IMG/VR virus record: IMGVR_UViG_3300037067_015585
Span: 128,001-192,000 of that record
Strand: one strand, 5' to 3'
Length of the DNA stretch: 64,000 bases
From: a virus
Taxonomy: Duplodnaviria; Caudoviricetes
This document shows positions 20,748 to 30,179 of the stretch, piece after piece. The first letter of the stretch is position 1; each line of letters starts with the position of its first letter. The notes beneath the pieces were generated by a model. That model did not search any database. It was not told the DNA's origin and saw only the letters and a program-made list of their open reading frames with translations. The position numbers and the translations under genes were made by a program.

Positions 20748-20955
20748 GATTGTAATGGGGTCGTTAAAACCCAATTGTGTACCGAATTACACGAACCAAC
20801 TTTTCCGTTTAACTCCAGTTTTTAGTTTAAGTCCCATGTGTAATGCGATTATACAACGACCGCTTAATTTTTCTGCCCGAGAGCGGTCGGCCTGAATTGC
20901 ACAGGCATCCATGGTTGTTTTTTCTGGAGACTCGATTTGGTCCTCGGTACGATGC

Positions 20956-21120
20956 TGAAATTGTAGCGGCAATCTAAATCTTTTCGAGTGAAACTGCCTC
21001 TGCCGTTGGGCTACCCCCGCGTGTTTTCTTTAAAAGTGCGGGGATCAGGAGTCGAACCTAAACTGTCATTTCAACTCTGGTCTAAACATGAGTTTGAGAT
21101 TGAAACTACGCTACAATTCA
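20956..21120 (-). ncRNA. Circularly permuted tRNA-mimic RNA (Y RNA/YrlA-like architecture)
   Basis: Order T-arm (UUAGG UUCGACU CCUGA), loop-closed acceptor stem (UCCCCGC/GCGGGGG), UA-GCC D-arm, on a long stem closed by AAUUGUAGCG/CGCUACAAUU. Confidence 0.72.
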
Positions 21121-21168
21121 CTCTGGCGGCTAGTTAATCTATAACCTTATAAACCGCCCGAATGATTC

Positions 21169-21906
21169 CTAGTTATCGAAAACATAGCTAAGGAATTTCT
21201 TAGCTATTGAAATGTTCTTCACATCGATGCTATTCGCTTCACCTCGTGCCGTCTGCACTGCTTCTTGAAGCTTGATGATTCGGGCAAGTATTGCACGGCG
21301 ATCAGAATCAAGGATACCACCAGAAAACTTGGTGGTTGACCAATATCCAACCGCGACATCTTCCATCCAGGTTTCAACCTGTGCTGGGTGTTTGTCCGTA
21401 GCATCGTATTTCACGTTATTACGTGGAATCTTCTTGGTGCGAATAGTTTCGGCTGATTCGTTCGCATAGCAATCAGTCGCGTCATCGTGATGCCACGATT
21501 CAGAAGGATCAAGCGTCGGAAGCTTCGAGACGAACGTGTGCAAATCGACGAGTTGCTTCTCAAGGAACAAAAGATGAGTTGCCGGAACGTGTTCAATAAC
21601 TACGTTGCCGTCAACGACAACATCTGCGAATGCTTCGGTATTCGCAACGTCTTGAGTAGCAACGATATCAATTACATCCGTTAAAATCGCCTTGGCTTTT
21701 TCAATCGACTCTGAAACACGCAATTGTACCTTCTTCGACTCAGAAGGTAATTTTTCAGCATCGTCGTCCTTGATCGGACGATATGTTCTTGCGATTCCGT
21801 CGAGTAGTGCGGTTTTCTGATGAAGCTTGTGCAATTCGGTCAGACCGGATATTGCACGCGCCTTTTTGCCTTTTGCGAGCGCGATAATTTGATGCAATTT
21901 GGCCAT
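21169..21906 (-). CDS. Conserved alpha-helical hypothetical protein directly upstream of the tRNA-mimic RNA
   Basis: 245-aa ORF with GGAGG RBS, MAKLHQIIA...TYRP...LLFLEKQL...LPTLDPSE. Confidence 0.75.
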   Translation of the reverse strand: MAKLHQIIALAKGKKARAISGLTELHKLHQKTALLDGIARTYRPIKDDDAEKLPSESKKVQLRVSESIEKAKAILTDVIDIVATQDVANTEAFADVVVDGNVVIEHVPATHLLFLEKQLVDLHTFVSKLPTLDPSESWHHDDATDCYANESAETIRTKKIPRNNVKYDATDKHPAQVETWMEDVAVGYWSTTKFSGGILDSDRRAILARIIKLQEAVQTARGEANSIDVKNISIAKKFLSYVFDN

Positions 21907-21949
21907 TTGGCCCTCCTAATGTTAATTTGAAACTGATAGCGTTCGTTTA

Positions 21950-22222
21950 TTAATGCTGATAAGACGTTGGTGGTGCATCAGATCGAGGACCACCAGGACG
22001 AATTTCCGGCTCTACAACTGAAATACCTGCATCGACTATTTCTAATTGAATCGTGTCGATCCAACGACCGTCAACAACCTTGCCCTCTTTATCGACAGGT
22101 GGTGAAACAAGCCATTGGATACAACCGTTAATATATTCCGTTTTACCGGTAATAATACCAACAAGTCCAGTGACACGGCACTTGACACGCACACCCATCT
22201 TCAATTTGAGATCTGGCATCAT
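21950..22222 (-). CDS. Small phage hypothetical protein
   Basis: GVRVKCRVTGLVGIITGKTEYINGCIQW. Confidence 0.65.
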   Translation of the reverse strand: MMPDLKLKMGVRVKCRVTGLVGIITGKTEYINGCIQWLVSPPVDKEGKVVDGRWIDTIQLEIVDAGISVVEPEIRPGGPRSDAPPTSYQH

Positions 22223-22247
22223 ACTTCTTTCTTAAAAAGAAAATAAT

Positions 22248-22282
22248 TCCACGTACGCCGGAGACTATTCGGCGTACGTGGA
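22248..22282 (-). terminator. 13-bp hairpin, probable terminator
   Basis: TCCACGTACGCCG/CGGCGTACGTGGA with U-rich tail on the minus strand. Confidence 0.7.
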
Positions 22283-22312
22283 TTGTGCGTGTAAGAGGAG
22301 TTCAATACACGC

Positions 22313-22801
22313 TTAATTGGTAAACTGCTGGCACCAATATATCACCCCACCTTCAGTCGGATATGCTGCGAGCCCGACTTTGGTGTAGTTGGGATTGAGG
22401 ATATTGGCACGATGACCGCTACTATTCATCCAGGCTTCCATAACCGAGTCAACGTCTGGTTGCCCCATTGCGATGTTCTCGGCATGGTGCCCAGCTTGAT
22501 GAATCAAGCTGAATGTTTTTGCCATCCAACCGCAATGTTGTCTTGCAGTACGGTGCAGTTGCTTGTCAAGAATCAAAGCTTTCAAGCCATATTTCTCTCT
22601 GATAGCATTGAGAGCTTTTAATAACTTGTGTTCACGTTCGTAGACTGGTGCATCATCAATCGGAGCATCTAGTGATGCAGTTGTAGTCTCCGATCCTCTG
22701 TGGCGAAAAATGCCACGGCCACCATGGCCAGCGTTTGCCGTGGAAGCGGCCACGGAAGCAATTAGCAAGCCTAACACACATGCATACAGCTTCATAGTCA
22801 T
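22313..22801 (-). CDS. Secreted CAP domain protein
   Basis: N-terminal signal peptide; AENIA, WMNSSGHRANILN, YWCQQF. Confidence 0.85.
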   Translation of the reverse strand: MTMKLYACVLGLLIASVAASTANAGHGGRGIFRHRGSETTTASLDAPIDDAPVYEREHKLLKALNAIREKYGLKALILDKQLHRTARQHCGWMAKTFSLIHQAGHHAENIAMGQPDVDSVMEAWMNSSGHRANILNPNYTKVGLAAYPTEGGVIYWCQQFTN

Positions 22802-22854
22802 ACTCCTTTGGTAAAGGTTAGAAAGAAAGAATATTCTAAGAGGCGATGTGCCTA

Positions 22855-23313
22855 TTAGTCTGTTTGAGGGTTATATTGTTGTTTGTATGCGGGCTTATCG
22901 GACGAGCCGTAGCCCTTATTTCCGCGTTCGGTCTCATCAAGTGACTGAACTTCAACTATGGATAATTCAGGAACCGTTATTACTAACCCCTGAATTATGT
23001 TGTCTCCCTCGTTAATAATGTGCGTATTCTTGCTGAGGTTTACGAGGCAGACTCCCCATTCTCCACGATAGTCGCTATCAATTACACCAGCTAAGCGGTG
23101 AATATTTTTCTTTGCACCCATACCAGATCTGTCGAACAGAACGACACAATAACCTTCATCAATGCTGGCAGATAATCCAGTTTTGAAAAGGTGGCTCTCT
23201 CCTGGTACAAGTTCATATCTCTCTGTACTAGCAATATCAAATCCAGCGGCAAAATCTGTCGCCTTTGTCGGAATTTTCGCCCGGTCCGATAATTTCATGA
23301 ATTTGATTTGCAT
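22855..23313 (-). CDS. dut: Trimeric dUTPase
   Basis: AGFDI, RSG, GVIDSDYRGE, RGNKGYGSS. Confidence 0.93.
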   Translation of the reverse strand: MQIKFMKLSDRAKIPTKATDFAAGFDIASTERYELVPGESHLFKTGLSASIDEGYCVVLFDRSGMGAKKNIHRLAGVIDSDYRGEWGVCLVNLSKNTHIINEGDNIIQGLVITVPELSIVEVQSLDETERGNKGYGSSDKPAYKQQYNPQTD

Positions 23314-23394
23314 AATAACTGAAATACATCAGTGATTGGCTGCATCATTAGAATCTAATTGCATCAGCTTGTCAAGTAGTATCTAATGGTATTT

Positions 23395-23620
23395 CAGAAG
23401 TGACGGCTTTCAGTGAGGTTGGTATTAGCAGTGGTATCAGTAGGTGACGGCGGATAAAGTGATGAGCACGCTGGACCTGAATTGACAGGGCAACTTGAAA
23501 CATCAGAAACGAATAGTTGGTAAGATTAAGACCTAAGTGTGATGCGACGAAGACGGCTCTGATACGTCGCAGATAAAATCCGAATAATTGACACAAAAGT
23601 CCGCTTTGCCGTCTTCTTTT
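23395..23620 (+). ncRNA. Candidate structured RNA or leader (unassigned)
   Basis: Terminal pairing GACGGC/GCCGTC, GCGGAT/GTCCGC, TGCGACG/CGTCGCA hairpin, 3' U-tract. Confidence 0.3.
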
Positions 23621-23624
23621 AATT

Positions 23625-23804
23625 ATGATTAGATCTTGTGAAGATTGTGGTGATAAGATACCAGAAGAACGATTAGAGTTCTTACCTGATACACATTATT
23701 GTGTAAAATGCTCAGTTAATCACCCATTACCAACACCAGATCCTGATGTTCTCTGCGCTAAATCTGCTGGATCAGCCAGAAATGGTTTTGGGAAGAGTGA
23801 GTAG
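23625..23804 (+). CDS. Second DksA/TraR C4-type zinc finger protein (59 aa, not in the ORF track)
   Basis: MIRSCEDCGDKIPEERLEFLPDTHYCVKC. Confidence 0.8.
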   Translation: MIRSCEDCGDKIPEERLEFLPDTHYCVKCSVNHPLPTPDPDVLCAKSAGSARNGFGKSE

Positions 23805-24269
23805 GATTTCTTTGAATTCTGGTATTGGACAGCGGTTTCTTCCAGTATTAACCCATTGGCATGTTAATACTATGTTATTCTGTAAATAACCTTTACTCGA
23901 TTCGATTCTATCAATGCTCGCTGAGCAGACATTACAATATTCAGTCTTTAATCCTGTAACATAACATTTCCCTAATTGCTTTGTCCAAAGATCTAATAAG
24001 AATTCAATTGTGAGATCATTCTCTTTTAATTTATAGTGTCTTTCTTGTCTTGATTTACTACAATGTCTTGTAGAATTCAGACATTGTAGTAACCATGCTC
24101 TAGTTGTCATCACTCTTGGTCGTATTCTATATTTTGTCTTATAATGTTTACCGTGAATTTCTTGACATTTTCTGCAAGTTCTACTTAAATAATCACCACA
24201 CGATCTACAGAAATTCTCTTCATTTAATTCTTTAGATACTTGGCAGATTTTGCAAATTCTAGTATTCAT
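23772..24269 (-). CDS. Free-standing HNH-like (beta-beta-alpha-Me) endonuclease with zinc finger
   Basis: CKIC...CRKC; CYVTG...SIDRIESSKGYLQNNIVLTCQWVN. Confidence 0.7.
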   Translation of the reverse strand: MNTRICKICQVSKELNEENFCRSCGDYLSRTCRKCQEIHGKHYKTKYRIRPRVMTTRAWLLQCLNSTRHCSKSRQERHYKLKENDLTIEFLLDLWTKQLGKCYVTGLKTEYCNVCSASIDRIESSKGYLQNNIVLTCQWVNTGRNRCPIPEFKEILLTLPKTISG

Positions 24270-24333
24270 GTATCTATCTACGAAACGAGATTTTCGATAA
24301 GTAAATAGACGTATTTGAGCAAATGACCTATTA

Positions 24334-24510
24334 GATCGCAGCCATACAAGGTCGTCTCCATTGAACTACGGCTAGTATGGTTAGATTAACTGTCACACTG
24401 CAACTCTGCAACTCGGAAACTCATTTTACTGCAACTCGGAAACTCATTCTCACACTTGATCGCAGCCATACAAGGTCGTCTCCATTGAACTACGGCTAGT
24501 ATGGTTAGAT
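24334..24510 (+). repeat. Two exact 53-bp direct repeats (24334..24386, 24458..24510) flanking two 20-bp repeats (24406..24425, 24429..24448)
   Basis: GATCGCAGCCATACAAGG...GTATGGTTAGAT twice; CTGCAACTCGGAAACTCATT twice. Confidence 0.92.
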
Positions 24511-24537
24511 CGCTTCGAGACACATCACTTTAAGTAA

Positions 24538-24998
24538 GTCATCATAGCGTACTGATCACACGCTATGATGACGAACTTTTCTTTGAAGTTATGGCACGTA
24601 TCTTACGTGCATGCGTGTTTTTATCAGGAATGTTCTGTAATAGAACCTAATTATCGTGGTTCTCGTGAAGATAGAGCCGAGTGTTGAGTCGCAAGGCGTC
24701 AAAAGTACAAATTGCGATGATTTCAACCAGATTGGCGACGGGAAAAGCGGGGCCGGTAAATCCGGAACAGGACCCGCTAGCGGAGCGTAAGAAGCTATTA
24801 AAAATACCAGGCAACCTCAAACCCTATGACCTGGACCGAGCGGGGATATGAAAGCTTCCATGAACTCCAATTTTCACGTTACTGAGTACTGATAAAAAAG
24901 CGTGAGATGATTTGGCCCATATCCCTGCCGGGAAAAGGGTCCTGGTCTATTTAGTACTTAGTATATAATTAAAATTAAATTTTCACTAGGACCAGGAC
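24538..24998 (+). ncRNA. Hairpin-rich non-coding region, candidate large structured RNA
   Basis: 13-bp hairpin 24538..24572, many further stems with G-U pairs on the plus strand, no ORF. Confidence 0.45.
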
Positions 24999-25023
24999 AT
25001 GTAAGTGGAAGAAGAAACTTCTA

Positions 25024-26886
25024 ATGAAAATTGCTAAGGTTATAGATCAGTTTGGATGGGCATATTATTTTCTTGATAAAGAACAACAAAGATATTCAAA
25101 ACATGAATTAGTCATTCAGAAATATAATAATATTGATTTAACTGGACTAAATGCTATCTATATTCATGGTCCAGATATTTGTCCTGAAGCACGCGATATT
25201 TGTTTACAAGCCAAAAAATTAGACATAACGGTTATTGGCGGTCATGCTGGTCCCACTAAAAATATGCCAGTATTTCCATACCTCGATCTTGCTGTCGGCA
25301 TTTCTCCACAAACATTTGATTTCTGTAAAGAACATTACGACTGCCCAACTGTCTTTTTACCAGAGGGTGTTGATACTGAATTTTTCAAACCTGTAAAGAG
25401 ACAACTAATGTCAACTTGGACAGGTGGTCGTGGTCAATGGCATGTCGATAACGAAAAATTACCAATACCGTCACTAATAAAAAGAAACAATAAATATGTA
25501 GTTAGTCCTGTTGTTGGCTGGGCTGGAAGAAAACACGAAGTTAAGCGGATGCACCTATTAGACCAGCTTAATTATCGTGTCGAAATACAATCACAACATG
25601 GTGACAAGTTCTTTGTTGAAAAATCGCACGACCACATGTTGCGATTTTATAATCATATTGATATTCTCGTCATGACAAGTTTATGTGAGTGTATGCCGAG
25701 AGTTGTATTAGAAGCTTGCTCGTGTGGTATTCCAGTTGTATGCACTGATGTCGGTTCTATAAGAATGATTCTAGATCCAGAATGGATTGTTCCAGTCAAT
25801 CCAGAGCATACAGTCGTAGAAGAGATGAATAAAAAGCTGTGCAGACTTGAAGATGTAGGTCTACGACAGATAGTTGGGTATGACAATAGATGTAGAGCTG
25901 AAAAAACATTGAGCTGGAAGGTTTTATCGCCATATTGGGATCAAGCCTTCGTGGCTGGGGTTACAAGAAATGTTGAAAGCATCAATATGATTAATAGACA
26001 TTTTGGAATGGCGGAGAACAAACAGCCATTCCAATCTACAATGAATATTGTTCAGAAATCACAACCGAATAGACCTGGAGTTCGTTCAGCTAGAAGTGAG
26101 GTTAAAAGTGAAATAGAAAAACGACCCGTTTTAGATCTATCGCAACAAATAACAGCATTCGTTATAAGCGCTGGTGAGAATCCGAATTATCAAGCATGTA
26201 TAGAAGCCTTAAGTAACCAGACTGTTAAAGTTACTGTTGATATTATTAAAGACTATAGCCCGATGTCTGCTGCCTTCCAACAAATGCTCATCAGGTGCAA
26301 AACACCATATTATATCGAAGTTGATGAAGATATGATATTGAATACTGACGCAATAGAGACGATGTATAAATATGTCGTCACAGAAGAAAAACGAGATCCA
26401 AAAGTAGCAATGTGCGCTTTTCGTCTTTTAGACATACATATTAATTTCGCTATCTTTGGAATTAAGATATATAGATCTGATATTTTTAAGAGCTACCCAT
26501 ACAATCTGAAAAGCATGTCTTGTGAAGTTGAGCAGCTTGATAGAATTAAAGCAGATGGATATTGCTATTTATCACCATTAACTATTGTTGGAAAGCACTC
26601 TCCATTATGGACTAATGAGCTCATATTTGAGCGATACCTGAATTTGATGGAGAAATATAAAGAATTTAAATATGAGTGGATGGAAGAACTCCCAAGGAAG
26701 TTATTTGAAATCTTCCAGAAAGATCCGACAGAGTTGAACTTATACGCATTACTTGGTGCACATACAAGTATTGCCAATGCTAGAAAATTACAACTCGGGG
26801 AGAAGGATTTTACTAAAAAGCGGCCGGAATATAAAAAATTACAAACTCTATTTGAACACCCAATTGTAATGATAAAAGCACCATGA
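25024..26886 (+). CDS. Two-domain glycosyltransferase (GT4 plus GT2-like)
   Basis: GVDTEFFKP, ECMPRVVLEACSCGIPVVCTDVG; YIEVDED. Confidence 0.8.
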   Translation: MKIAKVIDQFGWAYYFLDKEQQRYSKHELVIQKYNNIDLTGLNAIYIHGPDICPEARDICLQAKKLDITVIGGHAGPTKNMPVFPYLDLAVGISPQTFDFCKEHYDCPTVFLPEGVDTEFFKPVKRQLMSTWTGGRGQWHVDNEKLPIPSLIKRNNKYVVSPVVGWAGRKHEVKRMHLLDQLNYRVEIQSQHGDKFFVEKSHDHMLRFYNHIDILVMTSLCECMPRVVLEACSCGIPVVCTDVGSIRMILDPEWIVPVNPEHTVVEEMNKKLCRLEDVGLRQIVGYDNRCRAEKTLSWKVLSPYWDQAFVAGVTRNVESINMINRHFGMAENKQPFQSTMNIVQKSQPNRPGVRSARSEVKSEIEKRPVLDLSQQITAFVISAGENPNYQACIEALSNQTVKVTVDIIKDYSPMSAAFQQMLIRCKTPYYIEVDEDMILNTDAIETMYKYVVTEEKRDPKVAMCAFRLLDIHINFAIFGIKIYRSDIFKSYPYNLKSMSCEVEQLDRIKADGYCYLSPLTIVGKHSPLWTNELIFERYLNLMEKYKEFKYEWMEELPRKLFEIFQKDPTELNLYALLGAHTSIANARKLQLGEKDFTKKRPEYKKLQTLFEHPIVMIKAP

Positions 26887-27998
26887 TAGACATTCATTGG
26901 GTACATCCAAATAGAATAAGATGTAGTACACAAGAATATTTTAATCTATCTTGGCAGTTTTCAATCCTCGATGGCGATTGGGACCATGATGTCATTCCTA
27001 TAGAAGATATGCTGATATATGCTTGCCATCGCGAATTGTTTGTCGATAAGAAGCCATGGATAGGAAATTCTTTACGCAAACACGCCAGAATACAACTATC
27101 ACAGGGTATACCACAATGGGATCATCGTACGCTAGATGACTTTGAGAAGCGTGAGGCAGAACTCAGAAACCTATACAATAGCATCGCGCAATATGGAGTT
27201 CGTAGCCAAAGAGAACTGTTATCTGATATGCCATGCTGCAATCTTGATGGTAAGTTCAGCGACGAAATAACCGTTGGTATTGGTAGACATGGAAATTTGA
27301 TATTATTTAATGGCTACAATCGCATTTGTATTGCAAAGATTCTAAAACTTGACAAAATTCCAGTCAGAATTATTAGAGTACACAAGATATGGGATGAATT
27401 TTATAAGCAAACATTGTCTGGATGCGCAAGTATTTGGGGAGAAGGCGTTTGCTATCATCAGATCGATCACATATCATTCGACTTACTTGTAAATAACTGG
27501 TCCAGTGGTAGAGCAGATTTAATAAAGAAGAATATAAATCGACAATATAAAACAGTTCTAGATATCGGATCTTTATTCGGTTATTTTTGTACTCAATTGG
27601 AAGATACTGGATTTTGTTGTACGGCTGTCGAAAATCACAAACCCTTTTTAGAAATATTATTAAAAATCAAAGAAGCCGGATATTTCAATTTCGACGTTAT
27701 AGAACAATCGGTTTTTGATTTGAATGATCCAAAATTTGATGTTGTATTGGCTTTTAATATCTTTCATCATTTCCTAAAGACGCAAGCTGTTTACGAGGCT
27801 TTTAAAGCATTTCTAAAAAGACTCAAGACCAGAGAAATGTTTGTGCAACTACACGACAAGAACGAAAGGCAGATGGATGGTGCCTACAAAAACTATGATA
27901 ACGGCGAGTTTTTACGTTTTATTAGCAGCAACGTCGGGCTTACTAATGTTCACGAATTAGATGAAGAAAACGGTAGGAAGATATTCAAACTAACATGA
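26883..27998 (+). CDS. ParB/Srx-like N-terminal domain fused to a SAM methyltransferase
   Basis: LFNGYNRICIAK; VLDIGSLFGYF. Confidence 0.65.
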   Translation: MIDIHWVHPNRIRCSTQEYFNLSWQFSILDGDWDHDVIPIEDMLIYACHRELFVDKKPWIGNSLRKHARIQLSQGIPQWDHRTLDDFEKREAELRNLYNSIAQYGVRSQRELLSDMPCCNLDGKFSDEITVGIGRHGNLILFNGYNRICIAKILKLDKIPVRIIRVHKIWDEFYKQTLSGCASIWGEGVCYHQIDHISFDLLVNNWSSGRADLIKKNINRQYKTVLDIGSLFGYFCTQLEDTGFCCTAVENHKPFLEILLKIKEAGYFNFDVIEQSVFDLNDPKFDVVLAFNIFHHFLKTQAVYEAFKAFLKRLKTREMFVQLHDKNERQMDGAYKNYDNGEFLRFISSNVGLTNVHELDEENGRKIFKLT

Positions 27999-28879
27999 AC
28001 AATAAACCATATACACTAACTTTATTTTCTCCTAGCAAGCCTGATGGTCCAGATAAGATTTTTAGTTCTGCGGATATGATTAGTTATGAATTGTGGGCAG
28101 AATTTACTAATCTGCCGCACATAACGATGCAATATATGTCAGCAGCAGACGACACCAGCATAATACCAGCATGCGATTTTGCATTAATCCATTGTTATTT
28201 CAATTATCCAATTTTTAAACGTCTGCCGGAAATCAGGGTGAATACTCGCCATAAAATCATATTAGTGATGGAGTTCAAATATGGTGGTCTCAATGCGGAT
28301 TTGATAGATCGTTCATTTACATTTTTAGCTTGTCCGGATGCTGAGCATATACGATTACCATATTACAAACCATTGCTTGATAACTCGGCATTAAAAACTC
28401 CTGGTACTATATTATTAGATCATCAGTGGAGTGGTACAGAGGCGATTGAAGATATATGTCATTCACTTTACGAATGGTTCAAACCACCATACAATCGTCC
28501 TATGGCACAATTGCGCCGACCGGCAGTTGAAGCTATTGAAATTCCAATATGGATTCATTCAATCCCATTAACTAATTATTACGATTATTTAGTACAAACA
28601 AAATCGTATGAAACCTTCATCGTAACGCATCGCGGCAGCTATGAACACAGTATTATTGATATGGCTGCTAGAGGGACGCGAGTGCTGGTACCAATAAAGG
28701 ATGGTCGCACTTTCTGTCATCCATCAATTATTGAAGATCTGAACTTGGAAACCTTTTCAAATCGAGAAGAATTATTCACATTATTAGAACAACCACATCT
28801 GACATATCAACAGATGAAATTTACTGATATGTCAGATGTGGTTGCAAAAATTGACGCATATTGCCAGACGGTCAAATAA
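27995..28879 (+). CDS. Hypothetical, possibly GT-B-like protein
   Basis: GSYEHSIIDMAARG; operon context. Confidence 0.45.
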   Translation: MNNKPYTLTLFSPSKPDGPDKIFSSADMISYELWAEFTNLPHITMQYMSAADDTSIIPACDFALIHCYFNYPIFKRLPEIRVNTRHKIILVMEFKYGGLNADLIDRSFTFLACPDAEHIRLPYYKPLLDNSALKTPGTILLDHQWSGTEAIEDICHSLYEWFKPPYNRPMAQLRRPAVEAIEIPIWIHSIPLTNYYDYLVQTKSYETFIVTHRGSYEHSIIDMAARGTRVLVPIKDGRTFCHPSIIEDLNLETFSNREELFTLLEQPHLTYQQMKFTDMSDVVAKIDAYCQTVK

Positions 28880-29550
28880 TCGAGGTACAAATGGACGCAG
28901 TTCTAGAATATAACGCAAAGCAAGTAATCGTCTGCGATTGTGACCCAGTAGATTGTGTGCAAAGTTGGCTTTTAGCTGGTAACTGGTATGAATTAGACTT
29001 ACTACAAATGCTCGACAAATTACAGATTTGTGGTAATTATCTGGATATTGGCGCTTACGTCGGTACATTTTCATTATTTTCTTCATTATTTTGTCCATCA
29101 GATAATATCTATGCAATTGAGCCGCAACTAGACATCTATAGTAAATTGGTGCGTAACATCGAAGCGAACAATATTAATAAATGTAAAACATTCAATATTG
29201 CTATATCGGATTATAATGGTCGAGGCCAGATGACGCACAGCGACACGAATCATGGAGGTTCAAGATTGGTTGCTGGTGTAGAAGTCGAAGTAGCCACTCT
29301 TGATTCACTACAAATCCCGAACATAAAAGTCGTTAAGATTGACGTAGAAAACGGTGAATTAGATGTCTTACGTGGCGGACAAAACACTATTTCTAATGCC
29401 AATCATCTGTTTATAGAAGTGTGGCCAGAAAGTACATGTCAACGTTACAATGTGCCATACGTAGGAAAACAGGTAGCAGATCTTTTGGCTAGTATGGGGT
29501 TTTCACATCAGTGTGAATTATCAGGTGACAACCACTATTGGAAGAAATGA
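28861..29550 (+). CDS. FkbM-family methyltransferase
   Basis: LDIGAYVG, AIEP, KIDVENGE. Confidence 0.85.
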   Translation: MPDGQIIEVQMDAVLEYNAKQVIVCDCDPVDCVQSWLLAGNWYELDLLQMLDKLQICGNYLDIGAYVGTFSLFSSLFCPSDNIYAIEPQLDIYSKLVRNIEANNINKCKTFNIAISDYNGRGQMTHSDTNHGGSRLVAGVEVEVATLDSLQIPNIKVVKIDVENGELDVLRGGQNTISNANHLFIEVWPESTCQRYNVPYVGKQVADLLASMGFSHQCELSGDNHYWKK

Positions 29551-30179
29551 TGATATATAGCTTTGCTGGTTGTGTTATGGAAGGGGCTAGATTTTTACAG
29601 CCTTTTCTACCGGGCAGCGAAACCAGTACACGAGGGATGTCAACTGAAGGTGTACTACGGCTATTAAATGGAGAAACGCTATCAATTGATGAAGATCAAT
29701 TGCAACAAATACTGAACAATAATCCAAATTCGCCAAAAGGGACGTATTTTGGAATTACTAAAATTACTGGTATTATTTGGACACCAGTGTCAGATGCAAT
29801 ATATCTAACACCACTAGCACGATGTCAAGACAAAACGACATATCCTTTTCATGATGGTGCATTAAATAGTATACTAGGCACAACTGGTGCAAGTTTGTCT
29901 TTTGCGGCTATAAAAGCACTATGGGCACAATTGTATAAAGAGACAACCAAAATAAGCAGACGCGCAGTTGTGTATTATCCGACAGATCATTTACATAGTG
30001 GTGCCTGGAAAGAACGAATTGAAAGATTGCAACGATTAGCAAGGGATCTATTCAATGATTGGCAATATTATACAGTAAGACCAGAGTTAGCTGAACCTAA
30101 TGGTTATTGGGCACATTATTCGCAATCAGCCAGAGAAGAGCTATGGGAACAAATTGGCGAAGGATTTAAGATAAACTAA
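29538..30179 (+). CDS. Hypothetical protein
   Basis: ORF coupled to the FkbM gene. Confidence 0.55.
   Translation: MEEMMIYSFAGCVMEGARFLQPFLPGSETSTRGMSTEGVLRLLNGETLSIDEDQLQQILNNNPNSPKGTYFGITKITGIIWTPVSDAIYLTPLARCQDKTTYPFHDGALNSILGTTGASLSFAAIKALWAQLYKETTKISRRAVVYYPTDHLHSGAWKERIERLQRLARDLFNDWQYYTVRPELAEPNGYWAHYSQSAREELWEQIGEGFKIN

Noticed and set aside
20986-21077. Canonical tRNA gene or two-piece tmRNA
   Set aside because: Halves are in reverse order with no anticodon loop or CCA; it has a D-stem and lacks the G3-U70 alanine identity pair
23455-23505. Hammerhead ribozyme (GTGATGAG...GAAAC)
   Set aside because: Core should be CUGAUGA and the flanking stems I-III could not be formed
24334-24510. 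CRISPR array or tRNA fragment
   Set aside because: Only two 53-bp units, the spacer is itself repetitive and there are no cas genes; the minus strand resembles a D-arm start but has no T-arm
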